A stretch of 63,705 nucleotides of DNA, the filler included, from Aduncisulcus paluster (Eukaryota): assembly GCA_024181965.1 (NCBI GenBank). It is 5 parts of 5 records of this genome, joined end to end, with 100 filler letters (N's around TTAATTAATTAA, not from the genome) between each part and the next. Parts side by side here need not be neighbours in the genome. Positions count along the whole stretch, not along the records: positions 1 to 19,798 come from BQXS01010897.1; 4 more parts are not named here. One strand, written 5' to 3'. Below the pieces are notes generated by a model. The model had not been told where the DNA came from, ran no database searches, and worked only from the letters and a program-made list of their open reading frames with translations. Below, one piece after another: positions 11,001-19,898 of the stretch. The stretch's first letter is position 1, and every line of letters starts with the position of its first letter. The position numbers were made by a program, and so were the translations under genes.

Positions 11001-12068
11001 TCTTCCACATCTTCTGTTAGATCTAACCCAGGGATTATCCCTTCAGCGAAGTATGCCGGATTATACGCCCCCAAATATAACCCCTATTCTATTTCAGCTC
11101 TCCCTTATCCAGATCCTATGGTTTGTATTGCAATTGATATCTTACTTGGAAGACCCAGCAGAAAAGATCACACGAGATCATATCGAGATGTGATATGGGC
11201 TTCTTGTGGGTTGTCTGGACTTATGGAAATTGGAGATGAGGAGATTTCCGGCAAACTTTGGAGGTATTTGAAACATTTGATCATGAAACAGAACTCGACT
11301 GAAATATCCGATATTTATTCGAGGTATGGTGAAGATAATGTACAGCAAAGAATCCAACAGCTTTCACAGACATTCTCTTGTGTGCCTGTCAATCATTGTG
11401 CTGAAAGCTATGCTGTTGTGTGTTCTGGGGATGGAGTTGTTATTGGGTACAGTGGAGATTGTATGCCATGTGAGAGCTTTATTAGGGAGATGAGAAGGAA
11501 AGGGAAACGATTTGAATCATCTGATGGATCCCATGATGTTGTTCTTAAAGATGGAATGAAATCTTCTACTCAACCGATAGTTGTGTGCATCCACGAGGCC
11601 ACATTAAGCTCATCCATGCAAGTTCAAGCCTTCCATAAACGTCATTCAACCGTTGAACAAGCTCTCCAAGTGGCTAGTTTGTGTGAAGTAGATTATTTGA
11701 TTTTGACTCATTTTTCTCAGCGATTTAGTCGTGGATACCCGGATATATCGGAGGAAATGCGTAATTTGGCTGTTGAACAGGAGAAAATATCACATAAGAA
11801 TATGTATATGCTATTTTTAGCTCAAGAACGATTCAAACGAGGACAATCAAAATTCATGGCTCTCCCATTCGAAGGGAAATGGTATGATAACTTTCGACAG
11901 GTATATCTCGATGATGTGAAGTCTTTGTTCGACTTTATTGCTCCGCCAAGAAGTGTCACAAGGGTCTGTGCAATGGATTTGTGTGTTTATTGTCCTTCAA
12001 CCATGAATGATGCTCAGAAGTTACAGGAGTTCGGGGATATTATGAGAACTCTCGATAAATCCATATAA
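8070..12068 (+). CDS. ELAC2: Long-form tRNase Z (RNase Z-L, ELAC2/Trz1 family), ~1225 aa after collapsing the duplication
   Basis: N-terminal pseudo-motif LFNCPEHTHR; exosite arm GKFDGKKAKALGI...LVSGESVTLSNGTVITPEDV; C-terminal half PLGTGAAVPS, LLDCGEGT, ISHPHADH, PVNHC, YSGDC, IHEAT, HST, LTHFSQR. Confidence 0.93.
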   Translation: MLPHPPLFRIISFGSIDLPPIAILENSTHGSILFNCPEHTHRVFEIIQSKLVNVRQFFVSRVSPQSTMGFPGVLMSQLTAAAAGWDADYKVSEGIPLVESTIWSDCPPSSPQYVYFTRILSTIAHHGSVGNIKIDVNSMNPQQKLDITNQFQKGEFSEIFTSYIRKSSLNVRCFTHVHGNIKISPITICHLQCCNRSVYITNDXXXXXXXSDCPPSSPQYVYFTRILSTIAHHGSVGNIKIDVNSMNPQQKLDITNQFQKGEFSEIFTSYIRKSSLNVRCFTHVHGNIKISPITICHLQCCNRSVYITNDIVGWRLDFPALQGKFDGKKAKALGIKGKDCGRLVSGESVTLSNGTVITPEDVMSKPTMLKSIVLITNMIANMEKFLWPLKVDDTEKTISQLQSLFVLQCQAIVGLNPDSCDTSLEDMSTLLSKVGEEKLFQISCLSSDSFSMSPIVVSMLPCEDASHLFRSKEYVQWKEALESNAVNGKVHFIGDLPIRSKDDKTKSSKESIFRHKEGPISVIEKVLDLCDISSSYSSRPMKDMECQPESVRCCSSCDMNDIVCPFDTFSFYNLPPLFPYSHFLHTVGYKYSQNAHLFPLSDELSLKPQYSAHSLVHCYGSTHSTLLQHCDLSISLAPTRKQRAAGGKGRKGGKDEGENEGITIVVPKSCVWVDSKEFFSHKRKGIEERLAMSKKQKLLQQAKRVKGKVLTSMEKDDLIQSSVSASPSPSSSSASSSFSSSLSSSSWTLPSNVYCALEDLVKREEYPLDSETMDKSGEISDTSKHQESPFYCIPLGTGAAVPSKFKSVSGHLVCFKTNRTSIEESSVPKYRMALLDCGEGTTAQMRHLCDSSREYMQLLTCIDTVIISHPHADHVVGSWTFVSARRAAFRHLHLPYLPLFFISNIPSHRMLRLGLRVDEEYGIGKQTDVVFIHISTLIPKIDSPSSKISLSSETETSMESPVCVEDDKEEDTLTSPSSSTSSVRSNPGIIPSAKYAGLYAPKYNPYSISALPYPDPMVCIAIDILLGRPSRKDHTRSYRDVIWASCGLSGLMEIGDEEISGKLWRYLKHLIMKQNSTEISDIYSRYGEDNVQQRIQQLSQTFSCVPVNHCAESYAVVCSGDGVVIGYSGDCMPCESFIREMRRKGKRFESSDGSHDVVLKDGMKSSTQPIVVCIHEATLSSSMQVQAFHKRHSTVEQALQVASLCEVDYLILTHFSQRFSRGYPDISEEMRNLAVEQEKISHKNMYMLFLAQERFKRGQSKFMALPFEGKWYDNFRQVYLDDVKSLFDFIAPPRSVTRVCAMDLCVYCPSTMNDAQKLQEFGDIMRTLDKSI
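8378..8999. other. Assembly artefact: 301-bp duplication (8378-8678 / 8699-8999) around a 20-N gap
   Basis: Same sequence flanks the gap; the peptide SDCPPSSPQ...VYITND appears twice. Confidence 0.9.
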
Positions 12069-12769
12069 TTTAAACAATTATTTTCGGATTATTGAATAAA
12101 TCAAGATGATCAAAAACCCTATAAAACAATCTGACTTTGGAGATAATCAAATAAGTTTAATGGATTTGAGTTTGAGCAAATTATGTCAAAAATCGTGTGC
12201 TGCATTCATTTGCAAACTATTGACTCATGACGGTGGATGAAAAACACATTGGAAATCTATCATTATAACTGGGAAATAATTGCAATAAATATAATTTAAG
12301 GTAACTAAAAGGGTTGTTTCAGTTTAAATTATCCAAAATAGAAGTAAATTTTGGGAAAAAAAACAAAGATCTTTCAAACTTCTAATATTTTACAATCAAT
12401 CAAAATAATGATGCAAATATTATTAATATATGTTTGTTATTGCTAATAATATTAACTTTAAGTCGAAAGCACAACCACACTCGCGTCAAGAACAAAAAAA
12501 TACGATTGCGGGTGAAATGTTGTTAGTAAGTATTAGAAAACCATTAATTTAGATTAGTAGAGGTATAACCAATAAAATATTTTGATTTAAAATTTTCCTT
12601 GACTTTGTTAGTGCAAATTGGTATATCCTCAGCTTGAACTGATAGGGCATAAAAAGAGCTAAATAAAGTCATAAAATAAGGAGAATATTGGATTAATAAC
12701 ATAATTATGAATATTTTTTTGCAGAAAAACATGATCTGGCGAACTGAAAATTATGCGCTCGCTCGATTG

Positions 12770-12942
12770 TCTCATACTGGACGCTCCCATGATGCAGAGG
12801 ACCTCATTCCATGCGGAGATATCATCAATATTGCATATGTAATAGGTCTATATTGTGGATATATACATATGCATGGTCTAGAATATAAGGATCCGGAGGG
12901 TCGCGTATGAGTGTAGGATCCCCGGATACCATATATATGAGA
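12770..12942 (+). ncRNA. Candidate structured non-coding RNA, family unassigned
   Basis: GC-elevated island in an AT-rich intergenic region with nested complementary segments, G-U pairs favouring the + strand, and a T7 run at 12958-12964. Confidence 0.4.
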
Positions 12943-13711
12943 GGGGGGTATTAATGATTTTTTTCTTAATAGTAATATGAAAAAATGACTTAAAAAAAAT
13001 ATTGGCTATATTTTTCCCCCCTCTAAAAAAAACCTGGATGTTCACGATTTTGACTGAAATATAAATATAAAAACCGAAATCCTGGGTTAAAATGATTCTT
13101 TATCTTTATATATAAGTTAATTATTTTATTTAATTTATAATATGAGTCGATATCACTATTATTTTGAATATCAGTCAATGGGATTTTATTTCGCACCCAA
13201 AAGGCAGGAATAATTCGATTTCTCACAAAATATTATCTGTTTATTGCCAAGGAATACCATTAATTTTCTGTTTTGAGGCTTAAGGAGAGGAAATTATTTT
13301 TTTCAGTCATTATGGCTGTTTATGAATGATCATTTCCGTGTATTTTACACCATTCGTGGTTTAAGCATGTATATAGACTCAAATATGCAAACAATTTGAA
13401 TAAATTTCTCTTTATTGGTCACTTGTCACAAAGTCTTGGTATTTTGGTGGTAGTAATAAAAATATTTCTAAAAAACTAAAATTTTGTCTTAAAAATTTGT
13501 TTAACTAAGATTTAAAAACGTAAAATCCTGGAACTATCCCTCAATCACACTCTATAATTTGACAAATCGAAAAACAAATTATACAGGTGGGAACACATAA
13601 ATTTATTTCAAAGAAAATATTTAAACGTTTAAAATAGCTTATAATGAACGGAAAAAAACATATAAAAAAATTATATGATCTTATTTTAAAACAAGTGAAA
13701 ATCGATTTTTC

Positions 13712-14762
13712 TTATTTTCGATTTTCAACCAACTGGAGCAAAATAGATCCTTCGCCACACTTTTCTTGGACCTGATTCAATATATTATATCCAGAATTTT
13801 CAGGAAATAACTAAGGAAGATAATGGGAATATCAAAATATGTGATTGTGAAAAACAAAACAAAACAAATGAGAAAATATAGACATACTCTTATTCCATCA
13901 GCCATATGAATGAAATAGTCAATGAACTCAGATGCTGAGGCTTGGTTTGGGAAGATCAAAACAAGAGATTTTCCTATCTTAACAGAATTTCTTTTGAGGG
14001 TTGGAATCACTTTCTCTTTGGATAGAATAAACCACATTGATGGATTATCAATGCATTTGGCAAATATAATTCCAGAATGAAAGGTGCACACAAACTGATG
14101 GTGGAGGGTTATATATAATCAGTATCAGGGGTTAGAAATTGAAAGGTTATGAATGAGTACTGCAAATGAAATAATAACAAACGTACCTTATTTTCTGCAC
14201 ATTTAAATGAAAATTCAGGAGGAAAACAAGCTTGTTTAAATCTCCAAGCATCAATTGAAGAATGAAAAACAATCATTTCGTGATGATCAATCTTAACTGT
14301 TTTACCACGGTTAGAAAGAAGTGAACTGGGAGATATCTTCCATATTTCCATAATACTTCCCTTCTTTGGATGAATAAGAACGATTTTGTGTTGGGAAGGC
14401 TTAGGAATTATCGAAAAAGATTCACCACTAATCTTGCATGAAAACGTTTTCAAATTGAGTTTTTCAAGGGCATTAATCCAAGACGACGGGTTTGAGGTTT
14501 CGAATAGGCGTGCAGTGTGTGAGCAAAGCAATAGAAATCCCTTTGGGATCTTTATCCAACTCAAATCAGATGCAACAAATTGTTCAACTTGCGATTTAAA
14601 TATTAATGTGAGAATATCACTTTTTATGCTTTGGAATAAATGAAATTAGCTTGATTCGAACAGACAAAGTTGAGAAATGAATCTAGACAAAACACTCATA
14701 ACATACAAGGCAAAATATGATTTTCGGCGTTCTCCAATGACTTCAGTTAATAATCCTTCCAT
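13712..14762 (-). CDS. Spliced gene (~267 aa) with three PH-like domains; exons 14762-14707, 14628-14187, 14094-13888, 13810-13712
   Basis: Introns GTATGT..AAG (78 nt), GTACGT..CAG (92 nt) and GTATGT..TAG (77 nt) join the ORF fragments in frame. Domain 1 ends in the PH-type helix LFETSNPSSWINALEKL. Confidence 0.75.
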
Positions 14763-14905
14763 TCTAATGGGATATTATGATCAATATGGCTTCTGAAATT
14801 TGTCATTTCAAACACAAAAAAAATGAAAAACACAAACCAAAAAACATTACAAATTCGAAATCTCAGAAGATTTTACGTTTGTATCAACTATTACATAGAT
14901 TAAAC
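14763..14905. promoter_or_regulatory. Probable bidirectional promoter (143 bp) between two paralogous PH-repeat genes
   Basis: Short AT-rich gap between divergent ATGs. Confidence 0.55.
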
Positions 14906-16284
14906 ATGAAAAGGCAAGGAAAAGTGGATTGTTACATCGAAGAAAAATGGGTTTCTGGGGTGTTATTGTATGTAAACGGTTTTGTTCGAAAGTCACGCAT
15001 TCATTCATTCATATATTATGATTTATTGATATTTTGAATTTCTATTGAAGTGTTGAAAAAAATTTGCTTCATTTCACTCATTCCCATCAAGTTTTGAAGA
15101 TCAATTTGGCGACAAGCAAAGTCGTGGCTTCTGGGAAAAATACATTCATTGTGAATGGTAAAGATGAAAATACGTATAGTTTTAAAACGAAAAACTCGAA
15201 ACAATGCTCTGATTGGATTCATACCCTACAATGCCTCATTTGGTCTGGGTTTTCTGTATCTGACTATCGAATATCATGTAGCTATGAAGATACTCCCTGC
15301 AAGATAGAGATTGTTAACGATAAAAGGCTATGTTTATTTGATGAACATTCTGAAAAGCCTTTTGAAATTTGGGCTCTTCGACCTGGCTCTACGATTGTTC
15401 GAACACTCTCCACCAATCGGCTTGTGTTTGATCATGGAAGAACTCTTGAATTTTCCAGTCCTACGACAAGGGATATGGTTTATAGATGGTTAACATTGAA
15501 CTGTAAGAAAGCTGTCGTTGACTTTTCTGAATTTGTGTTTTTCAGGGGTAAAACTGCAATCATTGATCTAGGAGGAAGCTATTTATTCATCAAAACTACT
15601 TCTGGAGTGTCTGTTGCTCTCACATCTCTTATGGGTGTTTCAGTGAATCAAGAAGGCTGTAAACTCGTTATTGAGCGAATTGGTGATATTATATTTCCAT
15701 GTGAACGCTTGGCAAGTCTATGGGCCTTGCTGATTCAGAGCAGAGCTCAAGGTGTAGATTTGTATCTGCAACATTTCTACCCAATCACTGAATCCAAGGA
15801 GAAATCAGCGAAAAGATATAATATTTTGCTGCATCATATTGATGGAACGGATGAAAATATCTCTCTTTCTATTGCTACTTTGGAAAATCTCAGTGTTCGA
15901 TCGTTGAACGATTTCATCCATGTAAGAACTGGAATCAACCCTGAAAACCAATCTATCCAAAGAAAAGGTATTCTATTTGATTGTCAGAGTATTAAATCTG
16001 ATCCTCTTGAATTATTTATTGAGCATGACAATTCTTTTTTATTATTCGAGTCTGAAAGTGATACATCCGAGATTAGCCAGTGTATGAAACTCACTAATGC
16101 TCATCAACAAATGAAAACTGACTTTAGTTTCTTGAAAGAAGGTTTTCACAGGGCATGGAAACATATGAAAAAGGGTGAAATGATCGAAAAGAAAATGAAG
16201 GATTTGTCACAGCAGTTGAAGGAATTCCAAGGGAAATATGATGCTGGAGAAGTTGAATTTGATGAAGCTTTTGATTTTTTGTAG
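14906..16284 (+). CDS. Spliced gene (~431 aa): three PH-like domains, a ubiquitin-like domain and a coiled coil; exons 14906-14967, 15051-16284
   Basis: Intron GTATGT..AAG (14968-15050) puts MKRQGKVDCYIEEKW in frame with the 15064 ORF. PH signature TYSFKTKNSKQCSDWIHTLQ; Ubl-like LSVRSLNDFIHVRTGINPENQSIQRKGILFD. Confidence 0.8.
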
Positions 16285-17040
16285 GTGGAATTGTTGTATT
16301 TTCGATTTGAGTAAAATGAAACAAAAACATGACATTTATCATTAAAATAATCTTTATATAAGCTTCTTTAAATAAAATATTTATGGAAATTCGAATTGAA
16401 TTGTTATTTTGGCTTGAAATGAGAAAGAAAAAAATTGTGTTTTTCAGATCAGAGAAATGAAAAAAAAAGTTTTGAAATCAAGGGATTTAATCAAATATAA
16501 TAAGATACGTTCACTTTAGCGATATTATAACTTGATTTAAAATATGATCTCACTATATAAAAATTGAAAATGTCCTTGTTGGAGTCATACGAAACAAAAA
16601 TTATATTTNNNNNNNNNNNNNNNNNNNNAAGGATTTGTCACAGCAGTTTAAGGAATTCCAAGGAAAATATGATGCTGGAGAAGTTGAATTTGATGAAGCT
16701 TTTGATTTTTTGTAGGTGGAATTGTTGTATTTTCGATTTGAGTAAAATGAAACAAAAACATGACATTTATCATTAAAATAATCTTTATATAAGCTTCTTT
16801 AAATAAAATATTTATGGAAATTCGAATTGAATTGTTATTTTGGCTTGAAATGAGAAAGAAAAAAATTGTGTTTTTCAGATCAGAGAAATGAAAAAAAAAA
16901 GTTTTGAAATCAAGGGATTTAATCAAATATAATAAGATACGTTCACTTTAGCGATATTATAACTTGATTTAAAATATGATCTCACTATATAAAAATTGAA
17001 AATGTCCTTGTTGGAGTCATACGAAACAAAAATTATATTT
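16198..17040. other. Assembly overlap: ~411-bp duplication (16198-16608 / 16629-17040) around a 20-N gap, with three small differences
   Basis: Near-identical copies: two substitutions and A9 versus A10. Confidence 0.85.
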
Positions 17041-17135
17041 CAGTCAATTTAATGATTCAATTAACAAATGTTTATTATCTTATGTTCATTAAAGAAGATT
17101 AATATAAATACAATATTATTGTTGTGACAAGATGG

Positions 17136-17831
17136 TTACTTCTTCTGAAAGAATTGAGTTCTTTTTGTTTGAAGCCATTCAGACACTGCTTTCTGCGTCA
17201 TTCCGCAAGTCTCGGCCAATTGCCTCAATTTTGTGGAGTTTGGGAAAGGAAATATGATATTTTCTAAGAACCAAAGATCTAATATTGCCGTCTTTTCCAC
17301 GGAAGTGGTATCTATCACTCGCTTGACTTTTTCAACGAAATGTTGATTTATCAGTGATAAATTTTGTTTATATTTCTCTCGTAATGAGTCTTCTTCACGT
17401 TTTAACAAATCTTTGGTTATAGAACATAGATTTGGATGATCCATCTTTTTCAATGAGGATAGCATGGCTTCATGCTTTGAAGAAACGATTTCAAACATTC
17501 TTTCATATTCCCTCGAAATATTACAGATGAAAGCGTTTCTATCTGGGTGTTTTGAAAGGAATTGCGTAAAATCCAATTTCCTACCTTCACCAAGGCTTGA
17601 AGACTGAGGTTTTGTTGTTAGAATTTTTTCGCAATATAAATTCAATGATTTTAAATGTTTGAAAAGTGGATGAAGTTTCATTTTTTCAGCTAATTCTGCG
17701 GGCTTGTGTTGTGGTGCTTGTACCTTAAGCTTGTGTGGATAATAATCTTTCTTCCTTGGAAAAGTCATTATAATTTTTAATTGGGGCTTTGTTGCATCAA
17801 AATGAAATGCTTTTGAAGGTGAAATTTTCAT
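17136..17831 (-). CDS. TALE-class homeodomain protein with an atypical recognition helix
   Basis: C-terminal TAILDLWFLENIIFPFPNSTKLRQLAETCGMTQKAVSEWLQTKR follows the TALE pattern L..WF..N...PYP....K..LA...G+T..QVSNWF.N.R. Confidence 0.8.
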   Translation of the reverse strand: MKISPSKAFHFDATKPQLKIIMTFPRKKDYYPHKLKVQAPQHKPAELAEKMKLHPLFKHLKSLNLYCEKILTTKPQSSSLGEGRKLDFTQFLSKHPDRNAFICNISREYERMFEIVSSKHEAMLSSLKKMDHPNLCSITKDLLKREEDSLREKYKQNLSLINQHFVEKVKRVIDTTSVEKTAILDLWFLENIIFPFPNSTKLRQLAETCGMTQKAVSEWLQTKRTQFFQKK

Positions 17832-17924
17832 TGACTGGTATTTTTTGGTTTGGGTTTTTGGGTTTTTGTATCTGGAATTTCTTGGTTCTATCCGACTTCA
17901 AAAATATGGTTTTGATACATCAAC

Positions 17925-19798
17925 ATGCTAAAACATTCAACTACTATAATATTCTGTCTTGCACTTTTCGAATTTATGCTTATAATTTATGCTCATGATC
18001 CAAGATCCCTCCTTCTTGCTTCTGAAAGAATTTCTGCAAATGTGGAGATGCACCGCACTGATTTTGGACATAGAACATGGTGTGGTATCTTAGATTGTGA
18101 ATCAACAACTGCAAGTTTATTTTCAATCACCAAACTTTCTCGTAATTCATTCCCATTCAATTCCAAAGCTTCGATCATTAATTCATTCAATATTATTCCT
18201 TCTTGCACCGACATTGATGGTCCTTCCATTGTTGATTATGATATTTACACAGACACCTTCTACGTTCCTCTTCATGCAATAATCGAACAATGTTGGGATT
18301 CTGTCAATGTTATGGATTTTTCTGTTGAATTTGATCATGATTTAGAAGTGTCTTTTGCTTTTGACGGGGTTTATAACAATGATTCTATTAGAGTAGTCAC
18401 TGAGGATGAGAGGGATGAAGCGTCTCAAATCCTTCAAAGTGTTTTCGCTAGAGATATAAAATACTCTGTGTTGCTCGAACCCTTTACTTCTCTCGTTCAA
18501 CTAGCCAACTCTTCAGTCATCACGGATTACCTTGAAGCTTTTAAAGAGTATGTTGATGAGACGAAAGAAAGAATTGACCTCCTCGGAAACTTGAATGAAA
18601 TGTCAATTGTTGAAACTGTAAATTCCGATTGTACTCTGTTTTTAGATGGTTTGAGTTCTCTTTTAGATGATTATGAAGGGTTTTTCCCTGTGGATATTTC
18701 CAGTATTACTTCTGATGCACTTCAATGTTTTGTGGATATCAATTCTCTCTGGTTTGACCACAATATGGGTTATATTCCTTCTTTTTCGGACGCTATTGAA
18801 GACATGAATGCCCATACGATCATGTTCCTCCACTCGTGTCTTCTCCTCAAAGTTCTCAGTATCCTTGACATTGTTGAGGTTATTTCCGACGAGGGATGGG
18901 ATGAAAGTGCTGAATCTGGAAGTGACAATGGACGAATCTCCTTGATGAAAGGAATAGAAAGTGATATTCGCAGAAATGGTTTCATATACAACACTTATGT
19001 CATGTCTCCGGCAGCTGATTTTTTCGACCTCTTTTCATTTTGGAACAATACTGAGACTTTAAATCAGGATCATATGCATGGATATCTTCATACTATAATT
19101 AATATGATAAAAGATGACTTGGAATTATGTTTCAATGACCTTAACGAAGCTATATTTTTCAATGATATGTCAGCAACCTGGTGTTATTTGACTGCCAAAA
19201 ACCCCACATCTATCGATTTTCTGTTCATGCATCTCCTTATGATCTCACCTCCCGCCTCTATTCTCGAATATGTTGGAGTTGATGTTGATTGGACAACATT
19301 GGGTAAGGTCACGGATGATCATTTTCTCACAGCTCACGGTGAATGTCAATTTGGACTTTTGCGGAGTGGATTGTTTGCTCTCACCATTAATGAGGAAGTA
19401 GAGATTGTACAAGAGCCTTGTGAATTGCTCGGTGATGAAACAAAAACCAGCTGGGATGAAGCTGAGGAACATGAGCTCGATCTGAATCCGTTTTCTATTT
19501 TGAGTCATCCTCACTTCGTTGGAGTGGAATATGCGAATTTCTCATGTATGGGTTCTGCGGGTGTTCTTGCCACTCTTCCCGGTGGAGAAACGGCATATAG
19601 TTACCCTTCTATATACCAAGGTATATATGCTGCTCAAGGATTCCTCAGTCCACCAATTGATGATACTCAACACTCATACTCTTCTGCTGGACAATGTTCT
19701 GCCACTGATATGTTATATTTGGCTGCTGACAGGGAAGTTTCCTCAACCAAAAATAGTTTCGTTGTATCTTCACTTCTTGACCTTTCTGAAACACCAAA
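17925..19798 (+). CDS. Putative secreted or surface acidic protein, 3'-truncated at the scaffold end
   Basis: Hydrophobic N-terminus (TTIIFCLALFEFMLIIYA); long open frame running into the linker. Confidence 0.75.
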
Positions 19799-19898
19799 NN
19801 NNNNNNNNNNNNNNNNNNNNNNNNNNNNNNNNNNNNNNNNNNTTAATTAATTAANNNNNNNNNNNNNNNNNNNNNNNNNNNNNNNNNNNNNNNNNNNN
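19799..19898. other. Artificial scaffold linker N44-TTAATTAATTAA-N44
   Basis: Six-frame-stop spacer embedded in Ns; occurs four times in the window. Confidence 0.97.

Noticed and set aside
17842-17868. TTTGGG/TTTTTGGG runs as an interstitial telomere
   Set aside because: Only two or three irregular units within a 93-bp promoter; better explained as a C/A-rich leader of the homeobox gene.
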